From: Myxococcota bacterium
GTDB lineage: Bacteria; Myxococcota_A; UBA9042; PHBI01
Assembly: GCA_046351155.1 (NCBI GenBank)
Contig: JAXLYZ010000005.1
Location: 43,254 to 107,253 of the forward strand
DNA: 64,000 nucleotides
Reading direction: 5' to 3'
Shown: positions 30,372 to 39,407 of the stretch, one piece after another
Numbering within the stretch: position 1 is the first letter of the stretch
How the letters are laid out: each line of letters opens with the position of its first letter
Program-made: the position numbers and the translations under genes
Notes under the pieces: generated by a model
Seen by the model: only the letters and a program-made list of their open reading frames with translations
What the model was told of the DNA's origin: nothing
Databases searched by the model: none

Positions 30372-33342
30372 CCTGCCCTACGAGCTGGGCCCGCTCATCG
30401 GGCACGGCGGACAGGCGGATGTGCACGCGGCGACCGAGCCCATGACGGGCGCGCCGCTGGCCGTGAAGGTGCAGCACCTCTCGGCCAATCGCCACGCCGG
30501 GCCGAGCCTGCTGCGCGAGTACCAGCTGCTGCGCGAGATCGATCATCCGGCCTTCGCCGTGGCGCACGCCGCCGGTCGGCTGGCCGACGGTCGCGTGTGG
30601 CTCGCCATGCAGCGGCTCGACGGCGTGGCCGCGGCCGACTGGGCGCGCGGCCTCGGCCCGCCCGCCACGCGCCACCGCACGCGGCGCGTGCTCGAGCGCA
30701 TGGTGGCCATCGCCGACGCGGTGGCCTACCTGCACCGGCAGGGCGTGGTCCACGGCGACCTCAAGCCCGGCAACATCCTCGTCGCGGCCGACGGCTCGCC
30801 GCGCATCCTCGATCTCGGCGGCGTCCACTTCGACCCGGGCCTGGCCCCGGGCGCGCGCGGCATGTTCCGCACGGTGCCGTACGCCTCGCCCGAGCAGCTC
30901 GACAAGGGCGTCCTGGCGGCGAGCGCCGACGTGTTCTCGCTGGCCGCGACGTGCGTGCGGCTCCTGAGCGACGAGCATCCCTTCGGGGCCGGTGCCAAGG
31001 ACGCGGTGCGCGCGCGCCAGGGCGCGGCGAGCGCGGCGAGCGCGGCGCTCGATCGCTCGGGGCCGCTGTCCGAGGCTACGCGCGCGCTGCTCCTGCGCTG
31101 CTTGAGCGTCGAGCCCGCCGCGCGGCCGTGCGACGCCGGTGCGCTGCGCGACGCGCTGCGCGCGCGCCTGCCGACGCCGGTGGCCTGGCCGACGGCCGAG
31201 CCGCGCGCGGCCAGCCAGGCCGAGGCGCTGGGTACGCTGCGGGCGCTGCTGGTCGACGCGCCCGGCCTCGCGCCGGTGGCGCTCATCGGGCGCCCCGGTG
31301 GCGCCGCGGCGCTGCTCGCGCAGCTCGCGCTGGATGCGGCCGCGCTCGGTGCGAGCGTGCTCGAGGTCGGCGGCGACGCGCCCGAGCGCCTGCGCGACGC
31401 GCTCGACGCGCTGCTCGAGGGCGCGACGCCGACCAGCGAGGCGCCGCAGCTGGTGGTGCTCATGCGCCGCGCGGAGCGCTTCCCGGCGAGCGACCGCCGC
31501 GCGCTCGAGGTGCGCCTGGCCACGCTGGTCGAGCGCGGCTGGCGCGTGGCCCTGGTCGCGGCCACCCACGAGGCCGGGATGGCCCACGTCGCGCGCTGGC
31601 TGCATCGGCCGACGGCGATCCGACTCGCGCCCGAGGCCTCGGTCGAGGTCGACGAGCCCGAGGCGGAGGCGGAGACGAACGAGCCGGCGTGGCCGGGCGA
31701 CGCGCAGCTGGCGGCGATCCTCGAGGCCACCGCGCTGGTCGCGGCCAGCCCCGACGGCCGCGCCGACCTGGCCACGCTGGCGTCCGGGCTCGCGCTGACG
31801 CCGGCCGCGGTGCGGCGCGGGCTCGATCGACTGGCGCGCCACGGCTGGGTGCGCGGCGACGCCGACGGCGGCTGGGCGTTGGCCGAGCCCGAGCTGCGGC
31901 GCACGTTGCACCGACACGGCGAGGGCCGCGCGGCGCTGGCCGAGCGCCTCGCCAACGAGTGGGAGGTCGAGCCGCACGCGCTCGGCCGCGCCAACTGCCT
32001 GCTCGTCGCCGGGCGCGTGGTGGCCGCGGCCGACAACGCCGCGCGCTGGGCACGGGCCGCGCTGCGCCACGACGACGTCGCGCGCGTGGCCGACGGCCTC
32101 GACCGGCTCGGCGCGCTCGACGACGCGCTCGAGCCCGGCGCGGCGCGCACCTCGTGGCTGCTGTTGCGGGCGCGCACGGCCGCGCTCGCCGACTGCACCG
32201 ACCCGCGCGTCGCCGGATGGCTCGCCGAGCTCGGCGCCCGCGCCGAGACGCGCGAGGCCCAGCGCGCCGACGAGCTGGCCGCGGTCGTCGCCGGCTGGCG
32301 CGGCGAGCCGCCCGAGCGCGCGCTGGTGCTGGCCCAGCGCGAGCTCGACCAGGGCCGCTACGAGCGCGCGCTGGCGCTGGCGCGCGGCGAGGTGAGCCAG
32401 GCCCACGAGGCCGGCGCGCTCGACGTCGCGGCGCGCGCGGCGCTCGTCGCCGGACAGGCGCTGGCGGCGCTCGGCCGCCTCGAGGAGGCGGCGCGCGCGC
32501 TGGCCGACGCGGCCGACGGCTGGCCTGATGCGCCCGGCGCGGGCGCCGTCGCGTACGAGCGCGCCGAGGTGCTGGCGGCGCTCGGGCGCTGGGGCGAGGC
32601 CGGGCGCGTCCTGGCGCGCGCGCACGCCCGAGCGACGACGCCGTGGGATCGCGCCGCGACCGCCATCGGCGCGGCCGCGCGGGCCACCGATCGCGGCCAT
32701 GCGCGCGGCGCGCTGGCGCTGCTCGAGGCGCTCGCCGCCGAGCCGTTCGTCGCGCGCCACCCGCGCCTCCAGCTCGGCTGGCACGTCGAGCGCCTGCGCG
32801 CCATCGCGCTGCACGGCAGCGACGACGCGCTCGCCGCGGCGCGCGCCGCCGAGCCGGTCGTGGCCGAGCTCATGCGCGCCGGTCGCCGCGCACACGCGGC
32901 GCGCCTCGGCGCCTGGCAGGCGGCCGCGGCCTGGACGGCCGGCGACCATCAGACGCCGAGCACCGAGGCGAGCGGCCTCGCGACGTGGGCCGCCAGCATC
33001 CTGGGCGAGCTCGGCCATCGCCTGTGGTGGGCCGAGGCCGCCACCGTCGACGTGTGGCTCGCGCGTAGCCAGGGCGGCGACGCGCGCATGCCGCCGGCGC
33101 TCGTCGCGCAGCTGACGGAGGCCGAGGCGTGGCCGCTGGCGATGCGCGCGGCGCTGGCCGAGGGCGACGTGCAGCGGGCGTGGGGCGCGGCCGAGATGTT
33201 CCTGGCGCACGTCGACAGCGCCGGCGCGATCGCGCTCGAGCTGATGCCGTGGGCGGTGCGGGCGCGCGCGCTCACGGCCGAGGCGGCACACCACGCGAGC
33301 CTGGCGAGCACGTCGAGCACGTCGAGCACGGAGGACGGCTGA
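30328..33342 (+). CDS. Ser/Thr protein kinase fused to STAND-like NTPase (degenerate P-loop), winged helix and TPR-like repeats
   Basis: Hanks kinase motifs GHGGQADVH, AVK, HGDLKPGNIL, DLGG and VPYASPEQ. They are followed by ALIGRPGGAAALLAQ (a P-loop lacking Lys), LVVLM (Walker B-like) and a long Ala/Leu-rich helical repeat region. Start is ATG 30328 or, more likely, GTG 30364. Confidence 0.85.
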   Translation: MRTRSARRGRRTVTDLPYELGPLIGHGGQADVHAATEPMTGAPLAVKVQHLSANRHAGPSLLREYQLLREIDHPAFAVAHAAGRLADGRVWLAMQRLDGVAAADWARGLGPPATRHRTRRVLERMVAIADAVAYLHRQGVVHGDLKPGNILVAADGSPRILDLGGVHFDPGLAPGARGMFRTVPYASPEQLDKGVLAASADVFSLAATCVRLLSDEHPFGAGAKDAVRARQGAASAASAALDRSGPLSEATRALLLRCLSVEPAARPCDAGALRDALRARLPTPVAWPTAEPRAASQAEALGTLRALLVDAPGLAPVALIGRPGGAAALLAQLALDAAALGASVLEVGGDAPERLRDALDALLEGATPTSEAPQLVVLMRRAERFPASDRRALEVRLATLVERGWRVALVAATHEAGMAHVARWLHRPTAIRLAPEASVEVDEPEAEAETNEPAWPGDAQLAAILEATALVAASPDGRADLATLASGLALTPAAVRRGLDRLARHGWVRGDADGGWALAEPELRRTLHRHGEGRAALAERLANEWEVEPHALGRANCLLVAGRVVAAADNAARWARAALRHDDVARVADGLDRLGALDDALEPGAARTSWLLLRARTAALADCTDPRVAGWLAELGARAETREAQRADELAAVVAGWRGEPPERALVLAQRELDQGRYERALALARGEVSQAHEAGALDVAARAALVAGQALAALGRLEEAARALADAADGWPDAPGAGAVAYERAEVLAALGRWGEAGRVLARAHARATTPWDRAATAIGAAARATDRGHARGALALLEALAAEPFVARHPRLQLGWHVERLRAIALHGSDDALAAARAAEPVVAELMRAGRRAHAARLGAWQAAAAWTAGDHQTPSTEASGLATWAASILGELGHRLWWAEAATVDVWLARSQGGDARMPPALVAQLTEAEAWPLAMRAALAEGDVQRAWGAAEMFLAHVDSAGAIALELMPWAVRARALTAEAAHHASLASTSSTSSTEDG

Positions 33343-35516
33343 TGGCGAACCGCGCGCTGGAGGATCTGGCCGAGCGACACCTCGACGCCGAGCTCGGCTG
33401 GCGGCGCGTGGCGCTCGACGTCCACAGCGCCCGCGTGATGCGCGCGCGCAGCGTCGGCCTCGGCCGCGGCCAGCTCGAGCCCGACGAGGTCGAGGCGCTG
33501 GTCGACGCCGCGCGCCGCCGCGACGAGCTGGTGGCCGACCTGGCCGCCGGCGACGAGAAGCCGCCGCTGGTGCTGCTCGCCGAGCGGCTCGGCCTGAACG
33601 ACGACGATCGGCTCCTGTGGGCCGCGGCCATCGGCGCCGAGGTCGACCCGGCCATCGCGCGCCGCTTCGCGCAGCTCGACGATCACGGCGCGCGCTGGCC
33701 GACGCTGGCCACGCTCATCGAGACGGTCATCGAGCCGCGGCGCCGCCTGCAGGTGCGCGGCCGCCTCGAGCCGTGGTCGCCGCTCGTGCGCTACGAGCTC
33801 CTCGTGGTCGACCCGCGCTTCGGCCTCGACGCCAGCGGGCCGCTGCGGCCGTCGACGCGGCTCGTGCGCCTGGCGCGCGGCGAGATGGGGCTCGACCCGT
33901 CGATGGAGTCGTACGGCGCGCTGTGGACCGCGCCCGATCCGCGGCCGATGGCGCTGTCGGACAAGGCGCGCGAGAAGTTCGAGTGGTTCGCCAAGGGCTT
34001 TCGCACGCTGCGCGCGGGCGGCTCGCAGCCGCTGTGGATCCTGAAGGGCCCGGTCGGCGTCGGGCGCACGCGCTGGGTGCGCGAGGCGGCGGCGGCGTGC
34101 GGCTGGTCGACGCTGGCCATCGACCTCGCCGGCGCGGCGGCCTGGAACACGCGCGACGACGGCAGCCACGCGGCGGTGCTGGCCGAGGCCATGCGCGAGG
34201 CGCGGCTCCAGGACGCGGTGCTGGTGCTGCGCGGCTGGGACACGCTGGTCGACGGCTCGCTGACCTCGAGCGGCGGCGGCGGCGAGGACGAGTCGTCGAT
34301 CGGCGAGAAGTCGGCCGAGCTGGTGCGGCGCATGTCGGTAGGCCTCGAGCAGAGCCTGCGCGAGCACCCGCTGCCGGTGACGCTGGTGGTCGGCCCGAGC
34401 TTCGACGAGCTGCCCGACGTGCAGCGCGGGCTCTCGCTCATCGAGGTGCCGATGCCCGACGCCGCCGCCTCGAACGCGCTGTGGGCGCGCGCGGCCGGGC
34501 CCGGCACGCTGGCCGACGGCGTTACGCCGCAGCAGCTGACCGAGGCCTTCCGGCTGACGCCGGGCGAGATCGAGGCGGTGGCGACGGCGTGCGAGCGCGT
34601 GGCGCGCGTGGCCGAGAAGGGCGTCACCGTCGACGAGGTGCGCGCCGAGGTGAAGACGTTCCTGCGCCATCGGCTGCGCCAGATCGCCACGCTGGTCGAG
34701 CACCGCTACGACTGGCCGCAGCTCATCTGCCCGAGCTCGGTGGTCATCAACCTCCGGAGCCTGGTCGACCGCTACCGCATGCGCCACAAGGTCATGGTCG
34801 ACTGGAAGATGGGCGAGCGCTTCGGCGAGGCGCGCGGCATCAGCGTCCTCTTCGAGGGCCCGCCCGGCACCGGCAAGACCATGGCCGCCAACATCATCGC
34901 GCGCGAGCTCGGCCTCGACCTCTTCCAGGTCGACCTCTCGAAGGTGATGAGCAAGTACATCGGCGAGACCGAGAAGCACCTCGGCATGCTCTTCGACGAG
35001 GCCGAGCGCGCCCAGGCGCTCATCCTCTTCGACGAGGCCGACAGCCTCTTCGCCAAGCGCACCGAGGTGAAGGACTCGCACGACCGCCACGCCAACCTGA
35101 AGGTCAACTTCCTTTTGCAACGCATCGAGCGCTTCAGCGGCCTGGCCATCCTGACGACCAACCTGGCCGAGAGCATCGACGAGGCGTTCGGCCGGCGCGT
35201 CACGGTGCGCGTGCACTTCCCGAAGCCCGAGCTCGACATGCGCGTCCTGCTCTGGAAGAGCATGCTCGACGGCCTGCCGCAGGCGGTCGACGACGCCGAC
35301 ATCGCCGACCTGGCCAAGGAGTTCGAGCTCACCGGCGGCCTCATCCGCAACGCCGTCCTGCGCGCGGCCTTCTTCGCCGCCTCGGCCGATCGGCCCATCG
35401 ACTACCGCCTGCTCGAGATCGCCACGCGCATGGAGCAGAAGAACCAGTCGATGCTCTTGCGCGGCGACCCGATGCAGGACCTGATGCAGACCATGCAGCA
35501 GGACGAGTCGGGATGA
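33342..35516 (+). CDS. Tandem AAA+ ATPase (N-terminal degenerate module, C-terminal classic-clade AAA)
   Basis: The C-terminal module has Walker A GPPGTGKT, Walker B ILFDEADSL and an SRH-like region (TTNLAESIDEAFGRR). The N-terminal module has GPVGVGRT with Arg replacing Lys. The ATG overlaps the kinase stop (TGATG). Confidence 0.85.
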   Translation: MANRALEDLAERHLDAELGWRRVALDVHSARVMRARSVGLGRGQLEPDEVEALVDAARRRDELVADLAAGDEKPPLVLLAERLGLNDDDRLLWAAAIGAEVDPAIARRFAQLDDHGARWPTLATLIETVIEPRRRLQVRGRLEPWSPLVRYELLVVDPRFGLDASGPLRPSTRLVRLARGEMGLDPSMESYGALWTAPDPRPMALSDKAREKFEWFAKGFRTLRAGGSQPLWILKGPVGVGRTRWVREAAAACGWSTLAIDLAGAAAWNTRDDGSHAAVLAEAMREARLQDAVLVLRGWDTLVDGSLTSSGGGGEDESSIGEKSAELVRRMSVGLEQSLREHPLPVTLVVGPSFDELPDVQRGLSLIEVPMPDAAASNALWARAAGPGTLADGVTPQQLTEAFRLTPGEIEAVATACERVARVAEKGVTVDEVRAEVKTFLRHRLRQIATLVEHRYDWPQLICPSSVVINLRSLVDRYRMRHKVMVDWKMGERFGEARGISVLFEGPPGTGKTMAANIIARELGLDLFQVDLSKVMSKYIGETEKHLGMLFDEAERAQALILFDEADSLFAKRTEVKDSHDRHANLKVNFLLQRIERFSGLAILTTNLAESIDEAFGRRVTVRVHFPKPELDMRVLLWKSMLDGLPQAVDDADIADLAKEFELTGGLIRNAVLRAAFFAASADRPIDYRLLEIATRMEQKNQSMLLRGDPMQDLMQTMQQDESG

Positions 35517-35567
35517 CGCTACGGCTCCGGCCGCCGGCGACGCCCTGAATTTGTCACATTAAGCGTG

Positions 35568-36692
35568 TCACATTCCCGGCAGCCGCTCGAGCCGCAGCGT
35601 GGTCGTCAGCGTCCGGTCGACGAGGTTCCCGACCAGCGCGCTGCCGTTCGGGTACATGGTGCCGTGCAGCCGGTGCGACGCGCCGTCGGGGCCCTCCAGC
35701 GCCACGTCGAGCGCGAACGACTGGGCCGCGAAGGTGAAGAGCGCGACCGGATCGCCGATGCGGTAGCCGCAGCCGCCGCAGTCGCCGGGCGTGAAGGTGA
35801 AGCCGAAGTCGGGCGGAAAATAGCCGGCGGCGGCGTCCAGCGGAATCTGCCAATCTCCGCCGTCCAGCGTCCCGCGGTAGTGGCCCTGCAGGTTGCCGGG
35901 CGACGTCACCAGGCAGAAGCCCTCGACCGGGAACAGCCCGGGCGTCGCGCCGCGCCCCCACACCACGTAGCGCAGGCCGGCGATGAGCGGCGAGCAGTCC
36001 CACGGCGCGCCCGCGTCGCAGGTATCGACCCGGCACCCGAGGTCGGGGACGGCCGGCGTCGCCACCAGCCGGAGCGCGCCCGACGCCGTGATCGGGCCGA
36101 GCGCCACGTCCTCGCGGCACGTGCACGCCTCGGCCTCGGAGCACGGCGCCGTCGCGCTCTCGATCGGCGTCGGCACGCCGCCGGCCGTGCCGTAGCCATC
36201 CCACTCCGGCGCGAGGAGGAAGCGGCCGCTCTGGAACTGGCCGCGGCCGCACATGTACTGGCACAGCGGCTGGCTCTCGTAGACGCAGGCGTGCTCGACG
36301 CAGCGCTCGACGGTGCAGTCGTTGCCGTCGTCGCAGCCGAGGCTGAGGCCGTCCTCGCACTGCTGGCAGCCGTTGGCGAAGGTGTGCCGGCAGCGCTGGA
36401 AGCCGCAGCCGTCGATGACGCAGGCGTCGTCGGTGCAGGCGTTGTGGTCGTCGCAGTGGAGGTCGGTGCGGCACGCGTTGGCGGCGTCCTCCGGCACGAA
36501 GACGCAGCGGTCGGCGACCTGGTCGCAGCGGTCCTCGGTGCACGGATCGCCGTCGTCGCACGGCAGCCCGCCGGTCTCGGGGTCGCGCTCGAGGCAGAAC
36601 GGCGTCGCGAGGTCGTCGCCGCCGCAGCCGACCAGCGCGGCCAGCCCGGCGAGGGCGCCGCGCGCGCAGAAGACCACCAGGGCGCGGCGCAT
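35568..36692 (-). CDS. Lipoprotein with myxobacterial-type Cys-rich repeats
   Basis: Lipobox LVGCGG. Repeated DxxxCTxDxC modules (DGDPCTEDRCD, DHNACTDDACV, DGNDCTVERCV). Confidence 0.65.
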   Translation of the reverse strand: MRRALVVFCARGALAGLAALVGCGGDDLATPFCLERDPETGGLPCDDGDPCTEDRCDQVADRCVFVPEDAANACRTDLHCDDHNACTDDACVIDGCGFQRCRHTFANGCQQCEDGLSLGCDDGNDCTVERCVEHACVYESQPLCQYMCGRGQFQSGRFLLAPEWDGYGTAGGVPTPIESATAPCSEAEACTCREDVALGPITASGALRLVATPAVPDLGCRVDTCDAGAPWDCSPLIAGLRYVVWGRGATPGLFPVEGFCLVTSPGNLQGHYRGTLDGGDWQIPLDAAAGYFPPDFGFTFTPGDCGGCGYRIGDPVALFTFAAQSFALDVALEGPDGASHRLHGTMYPNGSALVGNLVDRTLTTTLRLERLPGM

Positions 36693-36701
36693 GCCGGCGC
36701 C

Positions 36702-37712
36702 TCAGGGCACGACGCGCAGCGTGCTCACGAGCTGCTGCAGCCGGTCGCGCTCGGCCACGGTCGGGGCGGCGCAGAACGCGTGCACGCGCAGCGACGGCTG
36801 CAGCGGATGGTCGACCATGGCCTCGGTGGTCGTGCCGCCGCCGTCGCCCCACTGGTGCCACGCCGTCGCGACGCCGATGAGCACGCCCATGACGGTCGTC
36901 ACCTTGTCGGCCGGGATGTCGCGCTGGCTGTGCTGGTAGCTCGGGTGCCCGCCGAGATAGATGCCGCACAGCGGCTGCGGCTGGCCCAGCGTCACCACCT
37001 GGCGGATGCGGTAGACCGAGAAGTCGGGGCCGTCCTGCGTGGCGGTGACGAAGCCCGGTGGCAGCGTCAGCACGAGCTTGTCCTTGCCGGCGCCGGCGAA
37101 GGCCACCTCGCCGCCGCCCAGCGCCAGGGCGCGCTTGCCGGCCTCGAGCGTGCCGACCACGGCGCGCGCCAGCGCCACCCAGCGCGCCGCGTCCTGCAAG
37201 CCCTCGGGGCTCACGTAGAAGGCGATGAGCTCGACCGTGCCGTCGGCCTGCTTGACGTAGGCCTCGTAGATGACGTTGCCGTCGCGCGGCGGGCTCGGCG
37301 GCGGCGGCGTGACCGCCAGCGCGCTCAGCGGCGCCGCCACCGTCGGCGTCTCGAGCGCCGGCGGCGCGGCCATGCCGCCGGCCGCGAGGTCGGCCTTCAC
37401 GGCGGCCGCGAAGTCGTCGCCGGCGCGCGTGTAGAGCTCCCACACCATCATCACCAGGCGCACGTCGCCCTTGTCGACGACGGCGCGCGTCTCGTCCTCC
37501 TGGGCCGCGTCGGCCGCCATCAGGCTGTGGCCGCGCGCCTCGACCTTCATGCCCTCGGCCAGGCGCACGCTGAGCCGCCCGCCGAGGAGCGGCGTGCGCG
37601 CGGCCGCGAGCGCCGGGTCGGCCGGCGCGGCGGCGCGCGTCAGCGGATCGACGGTGAGCGTGGCGACGACAGCGACGACAGCGACGACAGCGACAGCGAG
37701 CGAGCGGAGCAT
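36702..37712 (-). CDS. Secreted hypothetical protein
   Basis: Signal peptide MLRSLAVAVVAVVAVVATLTV, encoded by a 9-bp tandem repeat. The body is protein-like. Confidence 0.55.
   Translation of the reverse strand: MLRSLAVAVVAVVAVVATLTVDPLTRAAAPADPALAAARTPLLGGRLSVRLAEGMKVEARGHSLMAADAAQEDETRAVVDKGDVRLVMMVWELYTRAGDDFAAAVKADLAAGGMAAPPALETPTVAAPLSALAVTPPPPSPPRDGNVIYEAYVKQADGTVELIAFYVSPEGLQDAARWVALARAVVGTLEAGKRALALGGGEVAFAGAGKDKLVLTLPPGFVTATQDGPDFSVYRIRQVVTLGQPQPLCGIYLGGHPSYQHSQRDIPADKVTTVMGVLIGVATAWHQWGDGGGTTTEAMVDHPLQPSLRVHAFCAAPTVAERDRLQQLVSTLRVVP
37662..37704. repeat. Coding 9-bp tandem repeat (GTCGCTGTC)n encoding (VAV)n in a signal peptide
   Basis: gcgacgacagcgacgacagcgacgacagcgacagcgag on the plus strand. 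Confidence 0.55.
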
Positions 37713-37758
37713 GCTCCGGTCGTAGTCGATGGACCGCGCGAAGACAACCGCCGCGCGC

Positions 37759-38214
37759 TCACGACGTCGGCGCGCCGGCCAGGGCGGTGCGCACGCGCGC
37801 GAGCAGCTCGCGCTGCGGGATGTCCATCCAGTCGTGGGCGATGCTGCCGACGAGGCAGCGCTCGGTGTCGACGTCGAGGTGGCTCCGGATGAGGCCGAGC
37901 AGCCGCGGCGGCGCCACCACGATGAGCTCCTCGAACTCGTGCTCGACGCGCCCGCTCCGGGCCGCCGCGGCGAGCTCGCGCGCGAAGCTCTCGATCTCGA
38001 CGCGGTGGGGATCGGTGTGGCGCTCGAACGAGCTGTGCGCGCCGCCAGGACCCGCGGTCATCGAGCCGCGCGGGCCGGAGACGAGGTCGTGGGTCTCGAT
38101 CCGGCTCGCCGGATGGACATGGGACTGGACGGGCTCGAGCACATCGTGGACGGCATCGGTCGCGAAGATCTGGGCCCGACCGGCATCTGCCACCATCAGC
38201 CATTGCGTCCTCAT
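37759..38214 (-). CDS. Host-attachment-protein-like (Hap family) protein
   Basis: Start MRTQWLMVADAGRAQIF is preceded by GGAGGT. The N-terminus resembles the Hap family consensus (WVLVADGxRARIF). About 151 aa. Confidence 0.5.
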   Translation of the reverse strand: MRTQWLMVADAGRAQIFATDAVHDVLEPVQSHVHPASRIETHDLVSGPRGSMTAGPGGAHSSFERHTDPHRVEIESFARELAAAARSGRVEHEFEELIVVAPPRLLGLIRSHLDVDTERCLVGSIAHDWMDIPQRELLARVRTALAGAPTS

Positions 38215-38417
38215 CGCAACCTCCGACGGCGATCGGAGCAAGGCCCATGCCGCCGGCCGACGCGCGGCGCGACGGCCGGCCATGCGCTCGCGCGAGGCCG
38301 CGCGGGTCGCTGGCGCACGATCGATCGGGCAGAACACCCCGTCGTGACGGCGCGCACGGCAACCTTTTCCGGTAACGTCGACCGCACGCCGCCCGAACAC
38401 CCCGAGCGAGGGCATCC

Positions 38418-39407
38418 ATGACCAAGCACGACCAGGGCCTCGACGCCGAGGTCACCCCAGCTTCGACCTACTTCAACCGCCGCGCGCTCATGCGCGGCGG
38501 CCTCGTCGCCGCGACCGCGGTCGGCAGCGGCCTCCTCTATAGAGCGCTGAACGGCGTGTCGACCGAGGCCGTCGAGACCAAGAAGCTGGCCGGCCTGACC
38601 GTCCCCGCCCCCGGCGCCGCGCCGGCCGCCGCGGCCGCCGGCTTCCGCACCGACGAGCCGATGACGTCGCTGGCCGACATCACCCACTACAACAACTTCT
38701 ACGAGTTCTCGACCAACAAGGACGGCGTCGCCGGCAAGGCCGCCGGCTTCTCGACCGCGGGCTGGAAGCTGGCGGTGGGCGGCCTGGTCAAGAAGCCGCG
38801 CGTCTTTGACCTGGCGGATGTCCTGGCCATCGCGCCGCCCGAGGAGCGCGTCTATCGCATGCGCTGCGTCGAGGCCTGGTCGATGGTCATCCCCTGGGCC
38901 GGCTTCCCGCTCTCGAAGCTCATCGACCAGGTCGAGCCGCTGGGCAGCGCCAAGTACGTGGCCTTCGAGACGCTGCTCGACCCGACGCGCATGCCCGGCC
39001 AGGAGACCGACGTGCTCGACTGGCCCTACGTCGAAGGCCTGCGCCTCGACGAGGCCATGCACCCGCTGACGCTGCTCGCGAGCGGCCTCTACGGCCGCGA
39101 GCTGCCGCCGCAGGACGGCGCGCCGCTGCGCCTCGTGGTGCCGTGGAAGTACGGCTTCAAGGGCATCAAGTCGATCGTGAAGATGACGCTCGTGGCCGAG
39201 CAGCCGCCGACCAGCTGGAGCCGCTACGCGCCGAGCGAGTACGGCTTCTTCGCCAACGTGAACCCCGAGGTGGCGCACCCGCGCTGGAGCCAGGCCACCG
39301 AGCAGCGCATCGGCGAGTCGGGGCGCCGGAAGACGCTGCCGTTCAACGGCTACGCCGAGCAGGTCGCGGGCCTCTACGCCGGGATGGATCTCCGTGCCAA
39401 CTTCTGA
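38418..39407 (+). CDS. msrP: Protein-methionine-sulfoxide reductase catalytic subunit (Mo-molybdopterin)
   Basis: Tat signal [17 protein letters not shown]. YedY-family blocks are present ([48 protein letters not shown]). Confidence 0.85.
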   Translation: MTKHDQGLDAEVTPASTYFNRRALMRGGLVAATAVGSGLLYRALNGVSTEAVETKKLAGLTVPAPGAAPAAAAAGFRTDEPMTSLADITHYNNFYEFSTNKDGVAGKAAGFSTAGWKLAVGGLVKKPRVFDLADVLAIAPPEERVYRMRCVEAWSMVIPWAGFPLSKLIDQVEPLGSAKYVAFETLLDPTRMPGQETDVLDWPYVEGLRLDEAMHPLTLLASGLYGRELPPQDGAPLRLVVPWKYGFKGIKSIVKMTLVAEQPPTSWSRYAPSEYGFFANVNPEVAHPRWSQATEQRIGESGRRKTLPFNGYAEQVAGLYAGMDLRANF

